A stretch of DNA of 64,000 nt. Origin: Gammaproteobacteria bacterium. GTDB taxonomy: Bacteria > Pseudomonadota > Gammaproteobacteria > JAJPIJ01. This document shows positions 1 to 11,156 of this stretch, one piece after another (the stretch's first letter is position 1; each line of letters opens with the position of its first letter). The notes under the pieces are model-generated. The model did not search any database, had not been told where the DNA came from, and saw only the letters and a list, made by a program, of their open reading frames with translations. The position numbers were made by a program, and so were the translations under genes. Location: the NCBI GenBank assembly GCA_022071965.1, contig JAJVIQ010000006.1:2351-66350 (forward strand), given 5' to 3'.

Positions 1-854
<854 letters not shown>

Positions 855-917
855 CCCGTCGCCGACGCACGGAAATCGCACGGCGCGGAGGCCGCCCGCC
901 ATGGCCGGCGCGTTGGA

Positions 918-1259
918 TCAGCCCGGCGGCCAGCTGAAGGTGCGGCCGCCGAGCAGGTGCACATGCAGATGGAACACAGTCTGCCCCGCGCCCTCACCAT
1001 TGTTCACGACGAGCCGGAAGGCGTCCCCGTAGCCCTGGTCCCTGGCGATGCCCGCCGCCGTCACCATGAGGTGTCCCAGCAGCTCGCGATCCTCCGACGA
1101 CGCCTCGCTGAGCATGGCGATCGGCTTCTTGGGCACCACCAGGATGTGCATTGGCGCCCGCGGCGCCACGTCGTGAAAGGCCACACAGAGAGCGTCCTCG
1201 TAAACGATCACGGCGGGGATCTCGCGATCGATGATCTTGGCGAAGATGGTCTTGGACAT
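918..1259 (-). CDS. HIT-family nucleotide hydrolase (HinT-like)
   Basis: MSKTIFAKII...HILVVPKKP...GQTVFHLHVHLLGG carries the histidine-triad motif HxHxHxx. The start is taken at the internal ATG 1259 (MSKTIF) rather than the ORF-track start. Convergent with rho. Confidence 0.85.
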   Translation of the reverse strand: MSKTIFAKIIDREIPAVIVYEDALCVAFHDVAPRAPMHILVVPKKPIAMLSEASSEDRELLGHLMVTAAGIARDQGYGDAFRLVVNNGEGAGQTVFHLHVHLLGGRTFSWPPG

Positions 1260-1487
1260 GGCGCACCTCTTGCGTTTCCCAGGCCAGTATAGCGTCACCG
1301 CTGCACGCCGGGATCCTCCGGCGCATCCGCGGCCAACGCCGGCGAAGGGTGCCGTCAGAGCTCATCCGTGTGGCCTATGTCACTGTAATCGATGGTGAAT
1401 CAATGAAGCTACGTTATAATGGCCGGCATTGCAGAGCGGCACCACGCCGAGTGAGCGTGCCGTCTCGCGCGCTGTAGATCCCCAGCA

Positions 1488-2417
1488 GTGACTGACGGCA
1501 GTGATATGACCATTCGCACCCTGGATCAAACCCATCTCGACTGGCTGGAAACCGAATCCATCCATATCCTGCGCGAGGTCGCGGCCGAATTCGAAAAGGC
1601 CGCACTGCTGTTCTCCGCCGGCAAGGATTCCTGCGTCGTTCTGCATCTCGCGCTCAAGGCCTTCCGGCCCGAGAAGCTGCCTTTCCCGCTTCTGCATGTC
1701 GATACCGGTCACAATTTTCCGGAGGTCATCGAATTCCGCAATCGACGCATCGCCGAGCTTGGCGAGCGGCTGGTGGTGGCCGAGGTGGAGGAGTCCATCC
1801 GGCGCGGGACGGTATCGCTGCCGCATCCCCTGGCCTCGCGCAACGCCGCGCAGGCCGTGACCCTGCTGGAGGCCATCGAGGAACACGGATTCGACGCGTT
1901 GTTGGGCGGCGCGCGCCGGGACGAGGAGAAGGCCCGTGCCAAGGAACGCATTTTTTCGCACCGCGACGCCTTCGGTCAGTGGGATCCCCGCAACCAGCGG
2001 CCCGAGCTCTGGAACCTGTACAACACCAAGCTGCACAAGGGCGAGAACATGCGCGTGTTCCCGATCTCGAACTGGACGGAGCTGGACGTCTGGCAGTACA
2101 TCGAGCGCGAGAACATCCCTCTGCCGCCCATCTACTACGCCCACGAGCGGCACGTGATCCCGCGCCGCGGCCTGCTCGTCCCGGTGACGCCCATCACCCC
2201 ACCCGAGGAGGGCGAGGCGATGGTGACGCGATCCGTGCGCTTTCGCACGGTCGGCGACATATCCTGCACCTGTCCGGTCGCCAGCACCGCCAGGACGATC
2301 GACGCGATCATCGCCGAGACGGCGCTGACGGAGATCACCGAGCGCGGCGCCACGCGCATGGACGACCAGACTTCGGAGGCTTCGATGGAGCGCCGCAAGA
2401 AGGAGGGGTATTTCTGA
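1488..2417 (+). CDS. cysD: Sulfate adenylyltransferase subunit 2 (CysD)
   Basis: HLDWLETESIHILREVAAEFEKAALLFSAGKDSCVVLHLALKAF...VDTGHNFPEVIEF is a PAPS-reductase-like fold colinear with E. coli CysD. The stop overlaps the cysN ATG (ATGA at 2415-2419). An alternative start at M7 (1506) is possible. Confidence 0.9.
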   Translation: MTDGSDMTIRTLDQTHLDWLETESIHILREVAAEFEKAALLFSAGKDSCVVLHLALKAFRPEKLPFPLLHVDTGHNFPEVIEFRNRRIAELGERLVVAEVEESIRRGTVSLPHPLASRNAAQAVTLLEAIEEHGFDALLGGARRDEEKARAKERIFSHRDAFGQWDPRNQRPELWNLYNTKLHKGENMRVFPISNWTELDVWQYIERENIPLPPIYYAHERHVIPRRGLLVPVTPITPPEEGEAMVTRSVRFRTVGDISCTCPVASTARTIDAIIAETALTEITERGATRMDDQTSEASMERRKKEGYF

Positions 2418-3745
2418 TGTCCGCGCACGAATACGACCACGCGCACTCCTCGCATGGCGTTCTGCGGTTCCTGACCGCCGGATCGGTGGACGACGGCAAG
2501 AGCACTCTCATCGGCCGCATACTCTACGACAGCAAGGCCGTACTCGCCGACCAGGTGCAGTCGCTGGAGCGCGCCAAACACAAGCGCACCGAGGCCGGTG
2601 TACTGGATCTCTCGCTGCTGACCGACGGTCTGGAGGCCGAGCGCGAGCAGGGCATCACGATCGACGTCGCCTACCGATACTTCTCCACCGGTTCGCGCAA
2701 GTTCATCGTCGCCGACGCCCCGGGCCACGAACAGTACACGCGCAACATGGTGACCGCCGCCAGCACGGCCGACGCGATCGTGGTGCTCATCGACCCCACA
2801 CGCGTGCGGATCGAAAACCGCGTCGCGGAGCTGCTGCCGCAGACTCGCCGCCACAGCGCGATAGCCGGCCTGCTCGGCATCCGCCACGTCATCGCGGCAA
2901 TCAACAAGATGGACCGCATGGGTTTCGACGAAGGCGTTTTCGACAGTATACGGCGCGCCTACGTGGAGCTCGCGCGCCGCCTGTCGCTCCCCGAACCGGT
3001 CTTCGTGCCGGTCTCGGCGCTGGAAGGCGACAACGTCGTCGAACATAGCGAGCACATGCCCTGGTATCGCGGACCGGCCCTGCTCGAACTCCTCGAGCGC
3101 CTGCCGGCCGGCCGTGCCGGCATGGAGGGCCCCTGCCGCTTCGTCGTCCAACGCGTGCAGCGCGTCTATGGCGCCGAGATCGCCGCAGGCAGCACGATCG
3201 ACGGATTGCGCGGCCTGCAGGGATTCGTTGCCAGCGGCACGCTGCGCGTCGGCGACAGCATGCAGGTGCTCCCGGCCGGCCTCACTGTCACGGTGCACTC
3301 GATCAACCTCTACGAGACCGAGCTGTCGCAGGCGACGGCCGGCCAGAGCGTCACGGTGATGCTGAACGAGAATGTCGATGCCTCGCGTGGCGACGTGCTG
3401 ACCGCCGGCCCCGGGCCGACGCTGGCGAGGCAACTGGTTGCCGACATCTGCTGGCTCGACAACAACGCGATGAATCCGTCGAAAAAATACTGGCTAAAAC
3501 TCGGCGCCCGCACCGTGCAGGCCAAGGTGCAGGGCGTGGACAACAAGCTCGATCTCGCCGAGGTGCAGCGCGTGCCCCACGATCAGCCGTTCACCTTGAA
3601 CGAGATCGGGCAATTGCGGATCGCGCTGGCACAGCCCATGCCATGCGCACCGTTCAGCGACGATGCGCCGCTCGGCCGCTTCATACTGATCGACGCGTTC
3701 TCCAACCAGACCGCCGCCGCCGGCCTCATCCGCGCCGTCTCCTGA
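2417..3745 (+). CDS. cysN: Sulfate adenylyltransferase subunit 1 (CysN GTPase), with no CysC fusion
   Basis: MSAHEYDHAHSSHGVLRFLTAGSVDDGKSTLIGRILYDSK... has the GTPase G1 motif and is about 442 aa. The ORF-track 588-aa ORF starting at 1979 carries an Arg/Pro-rich N-terminal extension in the same frame that is not coding. The real start is the ATG at 2417, coupled to cysD. Confidence 0.9.
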   Translation: MSAHEYDHAHSSHGVLRFLTAGSVDDGKSTLIGRILYDSKAVLADQVQSLERAKHKRTEAGVLDLSLLTDGLEAEREQGITIDVAYRYFSTGSRKFIVADAPGHEQYTRNMVTAASTADAIVVLIDPTRVRIENRVAELLPQTRRHSAIAGLLGIRHVIAAINKMDRMGFDEGVFDSIRRAYVELARRLSLPEPVFVPVSALEGDNVVEHSEHMPWYRGPALLELLERLPAGRAGMEGPCRFVVQRVQRVYGAEIAAGSTIDGLRGLQGFVASGTLRVGDSMQVLPAGLTVTVHSINLYETELSQATAGQSVTVMLNENVDASRGDVLTAGPGPTLARQLVADICWLDNNAMNPSKKYWLKLGARTVQAKVQGVDNKLDLAEVQRVPHDQPFTLNEIGQLRIALAQPMPCAPFSDDAPLGRFILIDAFSNQTAAAGLIRAVS

Positions 3746-3790
3746 TCGGCGGCTGACTCCGGCGCGGCGGCGCCGATCCCCGGCGCGCCG

Positions 3791-4360
3791 CTAGCGCGGC
3801 CTGCGGTGAAAAAATGCCGCGGTACCCTCGCACCGCACGATGTCGCCGACGTGCACTCCGAATCGCCCCTGGCGGCGGTCTTCGTAGTAGAACCTGAGCG
3901 TGTGCACGATTGTTGGGAACGCGAGCTCGCTCCAGGGAATGCCGGCCTCCTCGAAGAGCTGTACCTCGAGGCTTTCGTGCGTCGGGCCGAAGCTCGGTTC
4001 GAGCAGGCGCGCGCGGTACATCATGTAGACCTGATTGGCATGCGGCAGGCTGAGCAGGGTGTGCAGGTCCAGCAGCTCGACGCGCGCGGCCGCCTCCTCA
4101 TGGGTCTCGCGTATTGCCGCCTCGCCCGTGGTTTCGTCGTTCTCCATGAAGCCGGCGGGCAGGGTCCACATGCCGTAACGCGGCTCAATGGCGCGGCGGC
4201 ACAGGAGGATACGGTCGCCCCATTCCACGATGCATCCGGCCACGACCTTGGGATTCTGGTAGTGGACGGCCTCGCACGCGGTGCATACGTGGCGCTCCCG
4301 GTTGTCTCCCTCGGGGACCTTGCGCGCCACGGGGTGACCGCAGAGGCTGCAGTATCTCAT
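3791..4360 (-). CDS. NUDIX hydrolase with an N-terminal zinc ribbon
   Basis: CSLCGHPV...CTACEAVHYQNP is followed by the Nudix box GFMENDETTGEAAIRETHEEAAARV. The start ATG overlaps the tesA stop (ATGA). Confidence 0.8.
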   Translation of the reverse strand: MRYCSLCGHPVARKVPEGDNRERHVCTACEAVHYQNPKVVAGCIVEWGDRILLCRRAIEPRYGMWTLPAGFMENDETTGEAAIRETHEEAAARVELLDLHTLLSLPHANQVYMMYRARLLEPSFGPTHESLEVQLFEEAGIPWSELAFPTIVHTLRFYYEDRRQGRFGVHVGDIVRCEGTAAFFHRRPR

Positions 4361-5034
4361 GGGGACTTCATCTGCGCGGTGCGCGTCTCCTGCAGCAGCG
4401 GTTCGATGGCCGGCCAGACATTCTCGAGTATCCGCGGCTGCGCGATCTCGTTCGGGTGCAATCCGTCGTCCTGGATGAACTGAGGATTCCCCGATACGCC
4501 GTCCAGCATGAATTTCGACAGCGGTACATTCCAGTCCCTGCCGACCGCTTCGTACACCGTGAGGAATTTTTCCACGTATGCCGGTCCATAGTTCGGTGGC
4601 AGGCGCATGCGTAGCAGCAGCGGAATTGCACCATGGCGCCGCGAGAGATTGACGATCTCGCCGAGGTTGGCGGCCATCTCCTCCAGAGGCTGGCCGCGCA
4701 GTCCGTCATTGGCGCCCAGCTCGATGATGACAACGGACGGGTTGTGCCTCTTCAAGGCCGGCTCGAGACGATCGAGCGCGCCGCGCGTCGTCTCGCCGCT
4801 GATGCTCGCATTGCGCACGCGGTGCGGATAACCTTGTTGCCGCAGCCGCTGTTCGAAAAGGCTGACCCAGCCCCGGTCGACTGGCAATCCGTAGGCCGCG
4901 CTCAGGCTGTCGCCGAGCACCAGCACGACGGGCCCCGCGCTGTCGGGTTCATCGGCGGCCCGGTTCACCGGTTCACCCGCGGCTTGCGCGGAAAACATCC
5001 ACAGACCAATGAGAAATCCACAACACCAACGCAT
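4357..5034 (-). CDS. tesA: SGNH/GDSL arylesterase, acyl-CoA thioesterase I (TesA-like), secreted
   Basis: A signal peptide is followed by VVLVLGDSLSAAYG...GANDGLRG...DGLHPN, the GDSL/SGNH blocks I, III and V. The start is taken at MRWCCGF (5034) rather than the 317-aa ORF-track start, whose N-terminus is Ser/Arg-rich junk. Divergent from ybbA-ybbP as in E. coli. Confidence 0.8.
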   Translation of the reverse strand: MRWCCGFLIGLWMFSAQAAGEPVNRAADEPDSAGPVVLVLGDSLSAAYGLPVDRGWVSLFEQRLRQQGYPHRVRNASISGETTRGALDRLEPALKRHNPSVVIIELGANDGLRGQPLEEMAANLGEIVNLSRRHGAIPLLLRMRLPPNYGPAYVEKFLTVYEAVGRDWNVPLSKFMLDGVSGNPQFIQDDGLHPNEIAQPRILENVWPAIEPLLQETRTAQMKSP

Positions 5035-5722
5035 GGTAGAGGCCATCGATAAACCGATCATACTCGCAGACGCGCTCGGCAAGACCGTGCGCAGCCCCAC
5101 GGGAGATCTGACGATACTCGATGATATCAGCTTTCTCATCCGCCCCTCCGAGGCGGTGGCGGTCGTCGGTGTGTCCGGATCGGGCAAATCCACTCTGCTC
5201 AGCCTGCTTGCCGGGTTGGACACCCCGACTCGCGGCCGGGTTCTGCTGGATGGCGTCGACCTGAACCTGCTCGACGAGGACGGACGCGCGGCGCTGCGTG
5301 CCAGCCGCATCGGTTTCGTCTTCCAGAACTTTCAGCTCCTGCACAGCATGACCGCCATGGAAAACGTGATGCTGCCGCTGGAGCTCGCGGGCCGCGCGGA
5401 TGCCGCGGGTCAGGCCGAGTCGATCCTCGCGCGCGTCGGACTTGGCGAGCGCACCGGTCATTACCCGAACCAGCTCTCCGGCGGCGAGCAGCAGCGCGTC
5501 GCGATCGCGCGGGCCTTCGTCACGCGGCCGCGCATCCTGTTCGCCGACGAGCCCACCGGCAATCTCGACGGCACGAGCGGCGCGCTGGTCGCCGGTCTGC
5601 TGTTCTCGCTGCGCGCCGAGGCCGGGACCACGCTGATGCTGGTCACTCACGACATGACACTGGCGACGCGTTGCGATCGCCGGATCACGCTGATCGCAGG
5701 ACGCATGCAGTCCGCTCCATGA
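5033..5722 (+). CDS. ybbA: ABC transporter ATP-binding protein (YbbA/LolD-like)
   Basis: Walker [13 protein letters not shown] signature [14 protein letters not shown], Walker [13 protein letters not shown]. The stop overlaps the permease start (ATGA at 5719-5722). Confidence 0.85.
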   Translation: MVEAIDKPIILADALGKTVRSPTGDLTILDDISFLIRPSEAVAVVGVSGSGKSTLLSLLAGLDTPTRGRVLLDGVDLNLLDEDGRAALRASRIGFVFQNFQLLHSMTAMENVMLPLELAGRADAAGQAESILARVGLGERTGHYPNQLSGGEQQRVAIARAFVTRPRILFADEPTGNLDGTSGALVAGLLFSLRAEAGTTLMLVTHDMTLATRCDRRITLIAGRMQSAP

Positions 5723-8217
5723 TCGCCCGCATGTTCATGCTCGGTCTCGGCAATGTCCGTCGCGACCTGCGCGCCGGCGAGCTGACGCTCATCCTGGTGG
5801 CAATCGTGACCGCGGTCGCCGCCCTGAGCGCGGTCAGTCTGTTCGTGGATCGCGCCGAACGCGCGCTCGTCGCGCAGGGCAATTCGCTGCTGGCCGCGGA
5901 CCTCGCCGTGGAGAGCGCCAATGCGATACCCGAGACACTGGCTGGAGAGGCACGGCAGCTGGGACTGGCCACCGCCCGCACCCTCTCCATGCGCAGCGTC
6001 ACACAGAGCGGCGAGCGGCTGCAGCTGACCGAGTTGAAGGCCGTCGGCGACGGCTATCCCCTGCGCGGGAGCATGACCATCGCCGACGCCCCGTTCGGCG
6101 CCGCGCGCGAGGTGCGCGGGGTGCCGGCGCCAGGGACGCTGTGGGCGGATGCCCGCCTGCTGCAATCGCTGGAAGTCAACATCGGCGGGACCGTGACTGT
6201 CGGCGCCATCGCAGTGCGTGTCGACAAGGTGCTGGTGCTGGAACCCGATCGCGGGGGCGACTTCTTCAGCATAGCGCCGCGCGCAGTGATGAACCTCGCC
6301 GATGTCGCGGCGACACGGCTGGTGATGCCCGGCAGCCGCGTCACCCATCGCCTGCTCGTGGCCGGCGACCCGAAGGCGATCGCCACCTTTCGCAAGCATT
6401 GGCAGAAACTGGACGACGGCGGCCTGAAGATGCTCGACGTCCGCGACGCCCGTCCCGAACTTCGCACCGCCCTGGAGCGCGCGGACCTCTTCCTCGGCAT
6501 GGCGGCCATGACGGCCGTCATCGTCGCCGGCGTGGCGATCGCGCTCGCCGCCCGCCGCTATGCCGAGCGCCATCTCGACACCGCCGCCATCATGCGCTGC
6601 CTCGGCGCCACGCAGGCGACCATCACCGGGATGCTGCTGACCGAAATGCTGCTGCTCGCCTCGCTCGCGAGCGTCGCGGGGGCCGCGGTGGGCTACGTCG
6701 CGCAGCACGTCCTGGCCGAGACGCTCAGCGGATTCGTCGGTGGCGATTTGCCGCCGCCATCGCTCGCGGCCGTTGCCGGGGCGATGCTCATCGGCTTCAT
6801 CGTGCTCGTCGGCTTCGCACTGACGCCGATACTCTCCCTGAAGAACGTGCCGCCATTGCGTGTGCTGCGCCGCGACCTCGCGCCCGTACCGGCACGCAGC
6901 GCGGTCGTGTACACGGCGGCGCTTCTCGCCCTGCTCGTCGTCGCCCCCTGGCAGGCGCGTGACGTTGCGCTCACGATTTACCTGCTCGGCGGCTGCCTGC
7001 TGGCGATCGCGGCGCTGGCCATCGCGGCGTGGCTTTCGGTACGCACGCTCGGCCGCCTGCGGCGGCACGTGGGCGTGAGCTGGCGATACGGGCTTGCCAG
7101 CGTCGCCCGGCGCGCGCGCACGAGCAGCGTGCAGATCGTGGCGCTGGGACTTGGCATCATGGCAATGCTGTTGATCACCCTCGTGCATCGCGATCTCATC
7201 GGGGGCTGGCAGAGGAAGATTCCGCCTGGCGCACCCAACCAGTTCGTCATCAACATACCGCCGGCGGAGGTGGGGCCGTTGCGCGCCTTCCTCGCAGGAC
7301 GCCGGCTGCACGCCGGCGGCGTTTTCCCCATGATTCGCGGTCGTCTGACGGCCATCAACGGGCGGCCGGTTCAGCCCTCGAATTACGATGACCCGCGCGC
7401 GCGGCGGCTCGTCGATCGCGAATTCAATCTCTCGTGGGCCGAGAGCCTGCAGCCGGACAATGCCGTGGCGGCCGGCAGATGGTGGCCGCGGACCGCCGGG
7501 GGCGCGCCACAGTTCTCGGTGGAATCCGGCATCGCCGGGACGCTGGGGATACGCCTCGGGGACGAGCTGACCTACGACATCGCCGGCGAGACGATCACGG
7601 CGCCGGTGACCAGCCTGCGCGACGTGCAGTGGGATTCCTTCAACGTGAATTTCTTCGTGATTGCCGCGCCGGGGTTGCTGGAGCAGATGCCGGCGACCTA
7701 TATCACCAGTTTCCATCTCCCCGCGCAGGAGCGCACGGCGCTCAACGAGCTCGTGCGGCTCTTCCCGGGCGTGACCGTCATCGACGTCGCCGCCGTCATG
7801 GATCAGGTGCGGCTGATCATGGACCGGGTGAACCTCGCCGTGCGTTTCGTGTTTCTGTTCACGCTCCTGGCGGGCGCGCTCGTGCTCGTGGCTGCCCTGC
7901 AGGCCACGCAGGACGAGCGTGCGCGGGAGAGCGCGTTGCTTCGCAGCCTCGGCGCCGCACGCGCGATCGTCGCCCGCAGCCTGCTGGCGGAGTTCATCGT
8001 CATCGGTCTGGTCGCCGGCGTGCTCGCCTCCAGCGCCGCCGGTCTGACCGCATGGCTGCTGGCCGGGCACGTCTTCCACGTCGACTATCGCATCAACCTC
8101 TGGCTGTGGCCGATTGGCACGCTGGCCGGCGTGCTGGGCGTGGGCGCCTTCGGTCTGGCGGGGCTGCGCGGCGCCCTTGCGGAACCGCCGGCGAGCGTGC
8201 TGCGAAGGATCGCCTGA
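5719..8217 (+). CDS. ybbP: FtsX-family ABC transporter permease (YbbP-like), about 830 aa with a duplicated FtsX domain
   Basis: Long hydrophobic ORF with two FtsX-like 4-TM modules. Translationally coupled to ybbA. The tesA/ybbA/ybbP arrangement matches enterobacteria. Confidence 0.8.
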   Translation: MIARMFMLGLGNVRRDLRAGELTLILVAIVTAVAALSAVSLFVDRAERALVAQGNSLLAADLAVESANAIPETLAGEARQLGLATARTLSMRSVTQSGERLQLTELKAVGDGYPLRGSMTIADAPFGAAREVRGVPAPGTLWADARLLQSLEVNIGGTVTVGAIAVRVDKVLVLEPDRGGDFFSIAPRAVMNLADVAATRLVMPGSRVTHRLLVAGDPKAIATFRKHWQKLDDGGLKMLDVRDARPELRTALERADLFLGMAAMTAVIVAGVAIALAARRYAERHLDTAAIMRCLGATQATITGMLLTEMLLLASLASVAGAAVGYVAQHVLAETLSGFVGGDLPPPSLAAVAGAMLIGFIVLVGFALTPILSLKNVPPLRVLRRDLAPVPARSAVVYTAALLALLVVAPWQARDVALTIYLLGGCLLAIAALAIAAWLSVRTLGRLRRHVGVSWRYGLASVARRARTSSVQIVALGLGIMAMLLITLVHRDLIGGWQRKIPPGAPNQFVINIPPAEVGPLRAFLAGRRLHAGGVFPMIRGRLTAINGRPVQPSNYDDPRARRLVDREFNLSWAESLQPDNAVAAGRWWPRTAGGAPQFSVESGIAGTLGIRLGDELTYDIAGETITAPVTSLRDVQWDSFNVNFFVIAAPGLLEQMPATYITSFHLPAQERTALNELVRLFPGVTVIDVAAVMDQVRLIMDRVNLAVRFVFLFTLLAGALVLVAALQATQDERARESALLRSLGAARAIVARSLLAEFIVIGLVAGVLASSAAGLTAWLLAGHVFHVDYRINLWLWPIGTLAGVLGVGAFGLAGLRGALAEPPASVLRRIA

Positions 8218-8247
8218 TCCGCCACGCGCGCCGAGGCGCGCCGTGGA

Positions 8248-8610
8248 TCACTCCATCCGGGTGTCGTCCTCGGCGCGCCACGGAGGACTGACGATGCAGA
8301 GGAATCGCAACGTATTGCCGCCGGGGTTCTCGATCCACTGCTCGGCCTCCGCGGGAACGTGAACGACGTCGCCCTGCATGCAGGGCCGAGCCTCGGCGTC
8401 GACATGCATCACGCCGCAACCCTCCAGGATGTAGTAGACCTCCGCGCTCGCGAGCTTGTGGCGAAAGGAGCGGGCACCGGGCTCGACCCGGGCCTCGGCG
8501 AGTGAATATGGCAGCACGGCGGGCGCGGCCCCAGGATGCAGCAACTGGCGTATGGCGCAGCCGTCGTTGGCCGATTGAACCTCGCAATCCACCGTCCGCC
8601 TGATGTGCAC
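8248..8610 (-). CDS. Cupin-domain protein
   Basis: 120 aa containing ...EVYYILEGCGVMHVD...GDVVHVPAEAEQWIENPG, a cupin 2 barrel motif. Confidence 0.6.
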   Translation of the reverse strand: MHIRRTVDCEVQSANDGCAIRQLLHPGAAPAVLPYSLAEARVEPGARSFRHKLASAEVYYILEGCGVMHVDAEARPCMQGDVVHVPAEAEQWIENPGGNTLRFLCIVSPPWRAEDDTRME

Positions 8611-8685
8611 GTCTCGTCTCCTGCTGCCGGGCCCGATGGCTTGCTATACTCGCCGCCCGCACTTGCGGTCGCAAGCCACGCGCGC

Positions 8686-9798
8686 ATGACTGCCTATCAG
8701 GGACAACCCGGTTTCCACCACGACGCGCGCCGCTGCCTGGGCGTACTGCTCACCAATCTCGGCACGCCGGATGAGCCCACGCCGAGGGCGCTGCGCCGGT
8801 ACCTCGCGGAGTTTCTTGCCGATCGGCGCGTCATCGAAACACCCCGAATCCTGTGGCTGCCGATCCTGCACGGCATCATCCTCAACATCCGCCCGGCGAA
8901 GTCGGCACACGCCTATCGGCAGATCTGGACTGAGGCGGGCTCGCCGCTGCTCGCCATCTCTCGCCGGCAGGCCGCCGCGCTACAGCAATCACTGCAGGCG
9001 CGCCTTCCCGGGCCGGTGCGAGTCGCGCTCGGCATGCGTTACGGCAATCCGCCGATACGCACCGCGATGGAGGAACTGCGCGAGGCCGGCGCGCGACACC
9101 TGCTCGTGCTGCCGCTGTATCCGCAATACTGCGCGGCCACGACCGCCTCGACGGTGGATGCCGTGAGCGCGGTGCTGAGGACCTGGCGTTGGGTGCCGGA
9201 GTTGCGCTTCGTCACGAGCTACCATGACGACAACCTCTACATAGACGCGCTGAAGCGATCCGTGGAGTCGCACTGGGCGGTTCATGGGCGCGCCGAACGG
9301 CTGCTGCTCTCGTTTCACGGCATACCGCGAAACTACATGCTGGCCGGCGATCCCTATCATTGCCAGTGTCGGAAGACCGCGCGGCTGCTCTGCGAGGCCC
9401 TGGGGCTGGGCGAGGACGAATGCCTGGTCACGTTCCAGTCACGGGTCGGGCCCGCGCAATGGCTGCAGCCGTACACGGACGTCACCCTGGCCGCGCTGCC
9501 CGCCCGCGGTGTGAGATCCCTGGACGTGCTCTGTCCGGGGTTCTCCGCCGATTGTCTGGAGACGCTCGAGGAGATCGCCATGCGCGGCCGCGACACCTTC
9601 CTGCGGGCCGGAGGCGAACGATACAACTACATTCCAGCACTCAACGATGATCCCCGGCATATCGAAACGCTGTCGGAGCTGGCGCTGCGGCATGCTGCCG
9701 GCTGGCCCGGGGCGAGCGGGAGGTGGGATGCCGCCCTGGACGATCGGGAGCGCGCCGCGACGCTGGCGCGCGCGCTGGCGCAGGGCGCCGAGCGCTGA
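8686..9798 (+). CDS. hemH: Ferrochelatase
   Basis: GVLLTNLGTPDEPTPRALRRYLAEFLADRRVIE...LLLSFHGIP...VTFQSRVGPAQWLQPYTD is colinear with HemH. The start is chosen at ATG 8686 (MTAYQGQ) within the longer ORF-track ORF. Confidence 0.85.
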   Translation: MTAYQGQPGFHHDARRCLGVLLTNLGTPDEPTPRALRRYLAEFLADRRVIETPRILWLPILHGIILNIRPAKSAHAYRQIWTEAGSPLLAISRRQAAALQQSLQARLPGPVRVALGMRYGNPPIRTAMEELREAGARHLLVLPLYPQYCAATTASTVDAVSAVLRTWRWVPELRFVTSYHDDNLYIDALKRSVESHWAVHGRAERLLLSFHGIPRNYMLAGDPYHCQCRKTARLLCEALGLGEDECLVTFQSRVGPAQWLQPYTDVTLAALPARGVRSLDVLCPGFSADCLETLEEIAMRGRDTFLRAGGERYNYIPALNDDPRHIETLSELALRHAAGWPGASGRWDAALDDRERAATLARALAQGAER

Positions 9799-9843
9799 GG
9801 GTCGCGAGGTCGATGGAGTGCCGCCTGCGCCTGCCGGCCGCCG

Positions 9844-11139
9844 TCAGCGGAACAGCACGCAGCGATCCACGCGCTTTTCGATCTCGGCCACCACCTGGGC
9901 GTATGCGTCGCTGTCGCGGTTCGAGAAGCGCCGGATGAATTCCGGCTCCTGCATTCCCTCGGGCAGGGTCTCCACGGAGGGCATGAACTCGCTCTCCCCG
10001 GCGGCCTCGGCGACTCGCTGCTGGAGCGCATCGGGCGATCGAACGCCGAGCTGGCCGAAGCGCACCCCCGCCCGGTCCGCGGCGAGATCTGCGAAACTGA
10101 AGCCCGAACCGCCGCGGGAGTCCTGGACCTCCTTGAACACACCCATGACACCGGCGATCGCGTCGTTCGCCGCGGCGCTCAGTGCCGCCGAGACGAGGAA
10201 GTGCCTGGCCAGATCGGCGCGTCCGCCGAGCGTTACCTCGATCCGCTTCAATGGCGGCAGACTCCGCGCCTCCTCGTCGCCGAACAGGCGCCCGAGATCC
10301 CCGGGTGCCGCCGCGGCATATAGCGCCAACGCGACCAACGCCGCCCTGTTCTCCTTCGCCGGGTCGTTGCCGCCCGCGCTGCGATCCGCGGCGTAGGAAA
10401 ACGTCGGACGCAACAGCTTCAGCAACGAATCGCCGTCCTTGAGGCGATTGCTCAGGATCCTCGCCAGTTCCTCGTAGTGCACCTGCAGACGGGCGCGCTC
10501 CTCGGCGGGCAGCACCAGCTCGCGCCCGTGCTGCTCGACGCGCCGGGCGAGGTCCCCATGCCATTGCATGATGAACGCCACTCGCCCGGGCTGGAAGTCC
10601 ACCTCGGAGACGGCCCGTGCAACGTCGCTCGCCTCGCGGTAGCCCGCGACACCTCGCGCGCGATCATCCGCGAACTCGAGCGCCCTGCCCAGCAGCCACC
10701 CGGGGATCGGCAGGCGCCCGACCCGCAGCGCGTCCACGGCCACACCGCGCGCGGCCGGGCGCAGGCGCGCCGACAGGTTGCAGTACTCCCCGAGCGGATT
10801 GCCGGGCGTCGGGATGCTCGCCTCGACCGTCGCGTGACCGGCCGCGAGCTCCGTACGCGCCACCGCCCCCTTCACCAGCGGCAGCCGGGACAGTACGTAT
10901 TCGATACCCAGATTGATATCGCGCTGGCTGAGCTCAATACGGCGCATCTCCCCCGTGCGCAGCGCGCGCGGGTCGTTCTGCCTGAGCAGCGTCCTGAGCC
11001 GCTCGACGTCCTCGACCTCGATCTTCGCGTCGCCCGTGACGCGCGGCGCGGTCTCGAACATCATCGGTGCGAGGACGATTGGGCCGAGGAGTATCGCGAC
11101 CAGCCCCAGCCAACATGCGTGCTTGACGAATCGCCGCAC
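9844..11139 (-). CDS. Conserved hypothetical protein with an N-terminal membrane anchor
   Basis: 431-aa ORF with an N-terminal TM segment (CWLGLVAILLGPIVLAP). No family recognised. It lies 18 nt downstream of the PQQ dehydrogenase and is probably the last gene of that operon. Confidence 0.5.
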   Translation of the reverse strand: MRRFVKHACWLGLVAILLGPIVLAPMMFETAPRVTGDAKIEVEDVERLRTLLRQNDPRALRTGEMRRIELSQRDINLGIEYVLSRLPLVKGAVARTELAAGHATVEASIPTPGNPLGEYCNLSARLRPAARGVAVDALRVGRLPIPGWLLGRALEFADDRARGVAGYREASDVARAVSEVDFQPGRVAFIMQWHGDLARRVEQHGRELVLPAEERARLQVHYEELARILSNRLKDGDSLLKLLRPTFSYAADRSAGGNDPAKENRAALVALALYAAAAPGDLGRLFGDEEARSLPPLKRIEVTLGGRADLARHFLVSAALSAAANDAIAGVMGVFKEVQDSRGGSGFSFADLAADRAGVRFGQLGVRSPDALQQRVAEAAGESEFMPSVETLPEGMQEPEFIRRFSNRDSDAYAQVVAEIEKRVDRCVLFR

Positions 11140-11156
11140 CCCTCGGCACCCCGCAC

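Noticed and set aside
1979-2416. N-terminal 146-aa extension of the ORF-track cysN ORF
   Set aside because: The CysN homology begins at MSAHEYDH (2417), where the ATG overlaps the cysD stop. The upstream in-frame stretch is Arg/Pro-rich and lies inside cysD.
5647-8079. Very long antisense ORFs with Arg/Ala/Gly/Pro-rich translations (e.g. 5647..8079 minus, 2135..3433 minus, 9641..10564 minus, 18562..19620 plus, 20707..22470 minus, and the N-terminal parts of 15463..18618 minus and 12938..14077 minus)
   Set aside because: These are typical shadow ORFs of high-GC DNA. They overlap well-supported genes on the other strand or frame (ybbP, cysN, slt, cca/AAA), have low-complexity composition and match no protein family.
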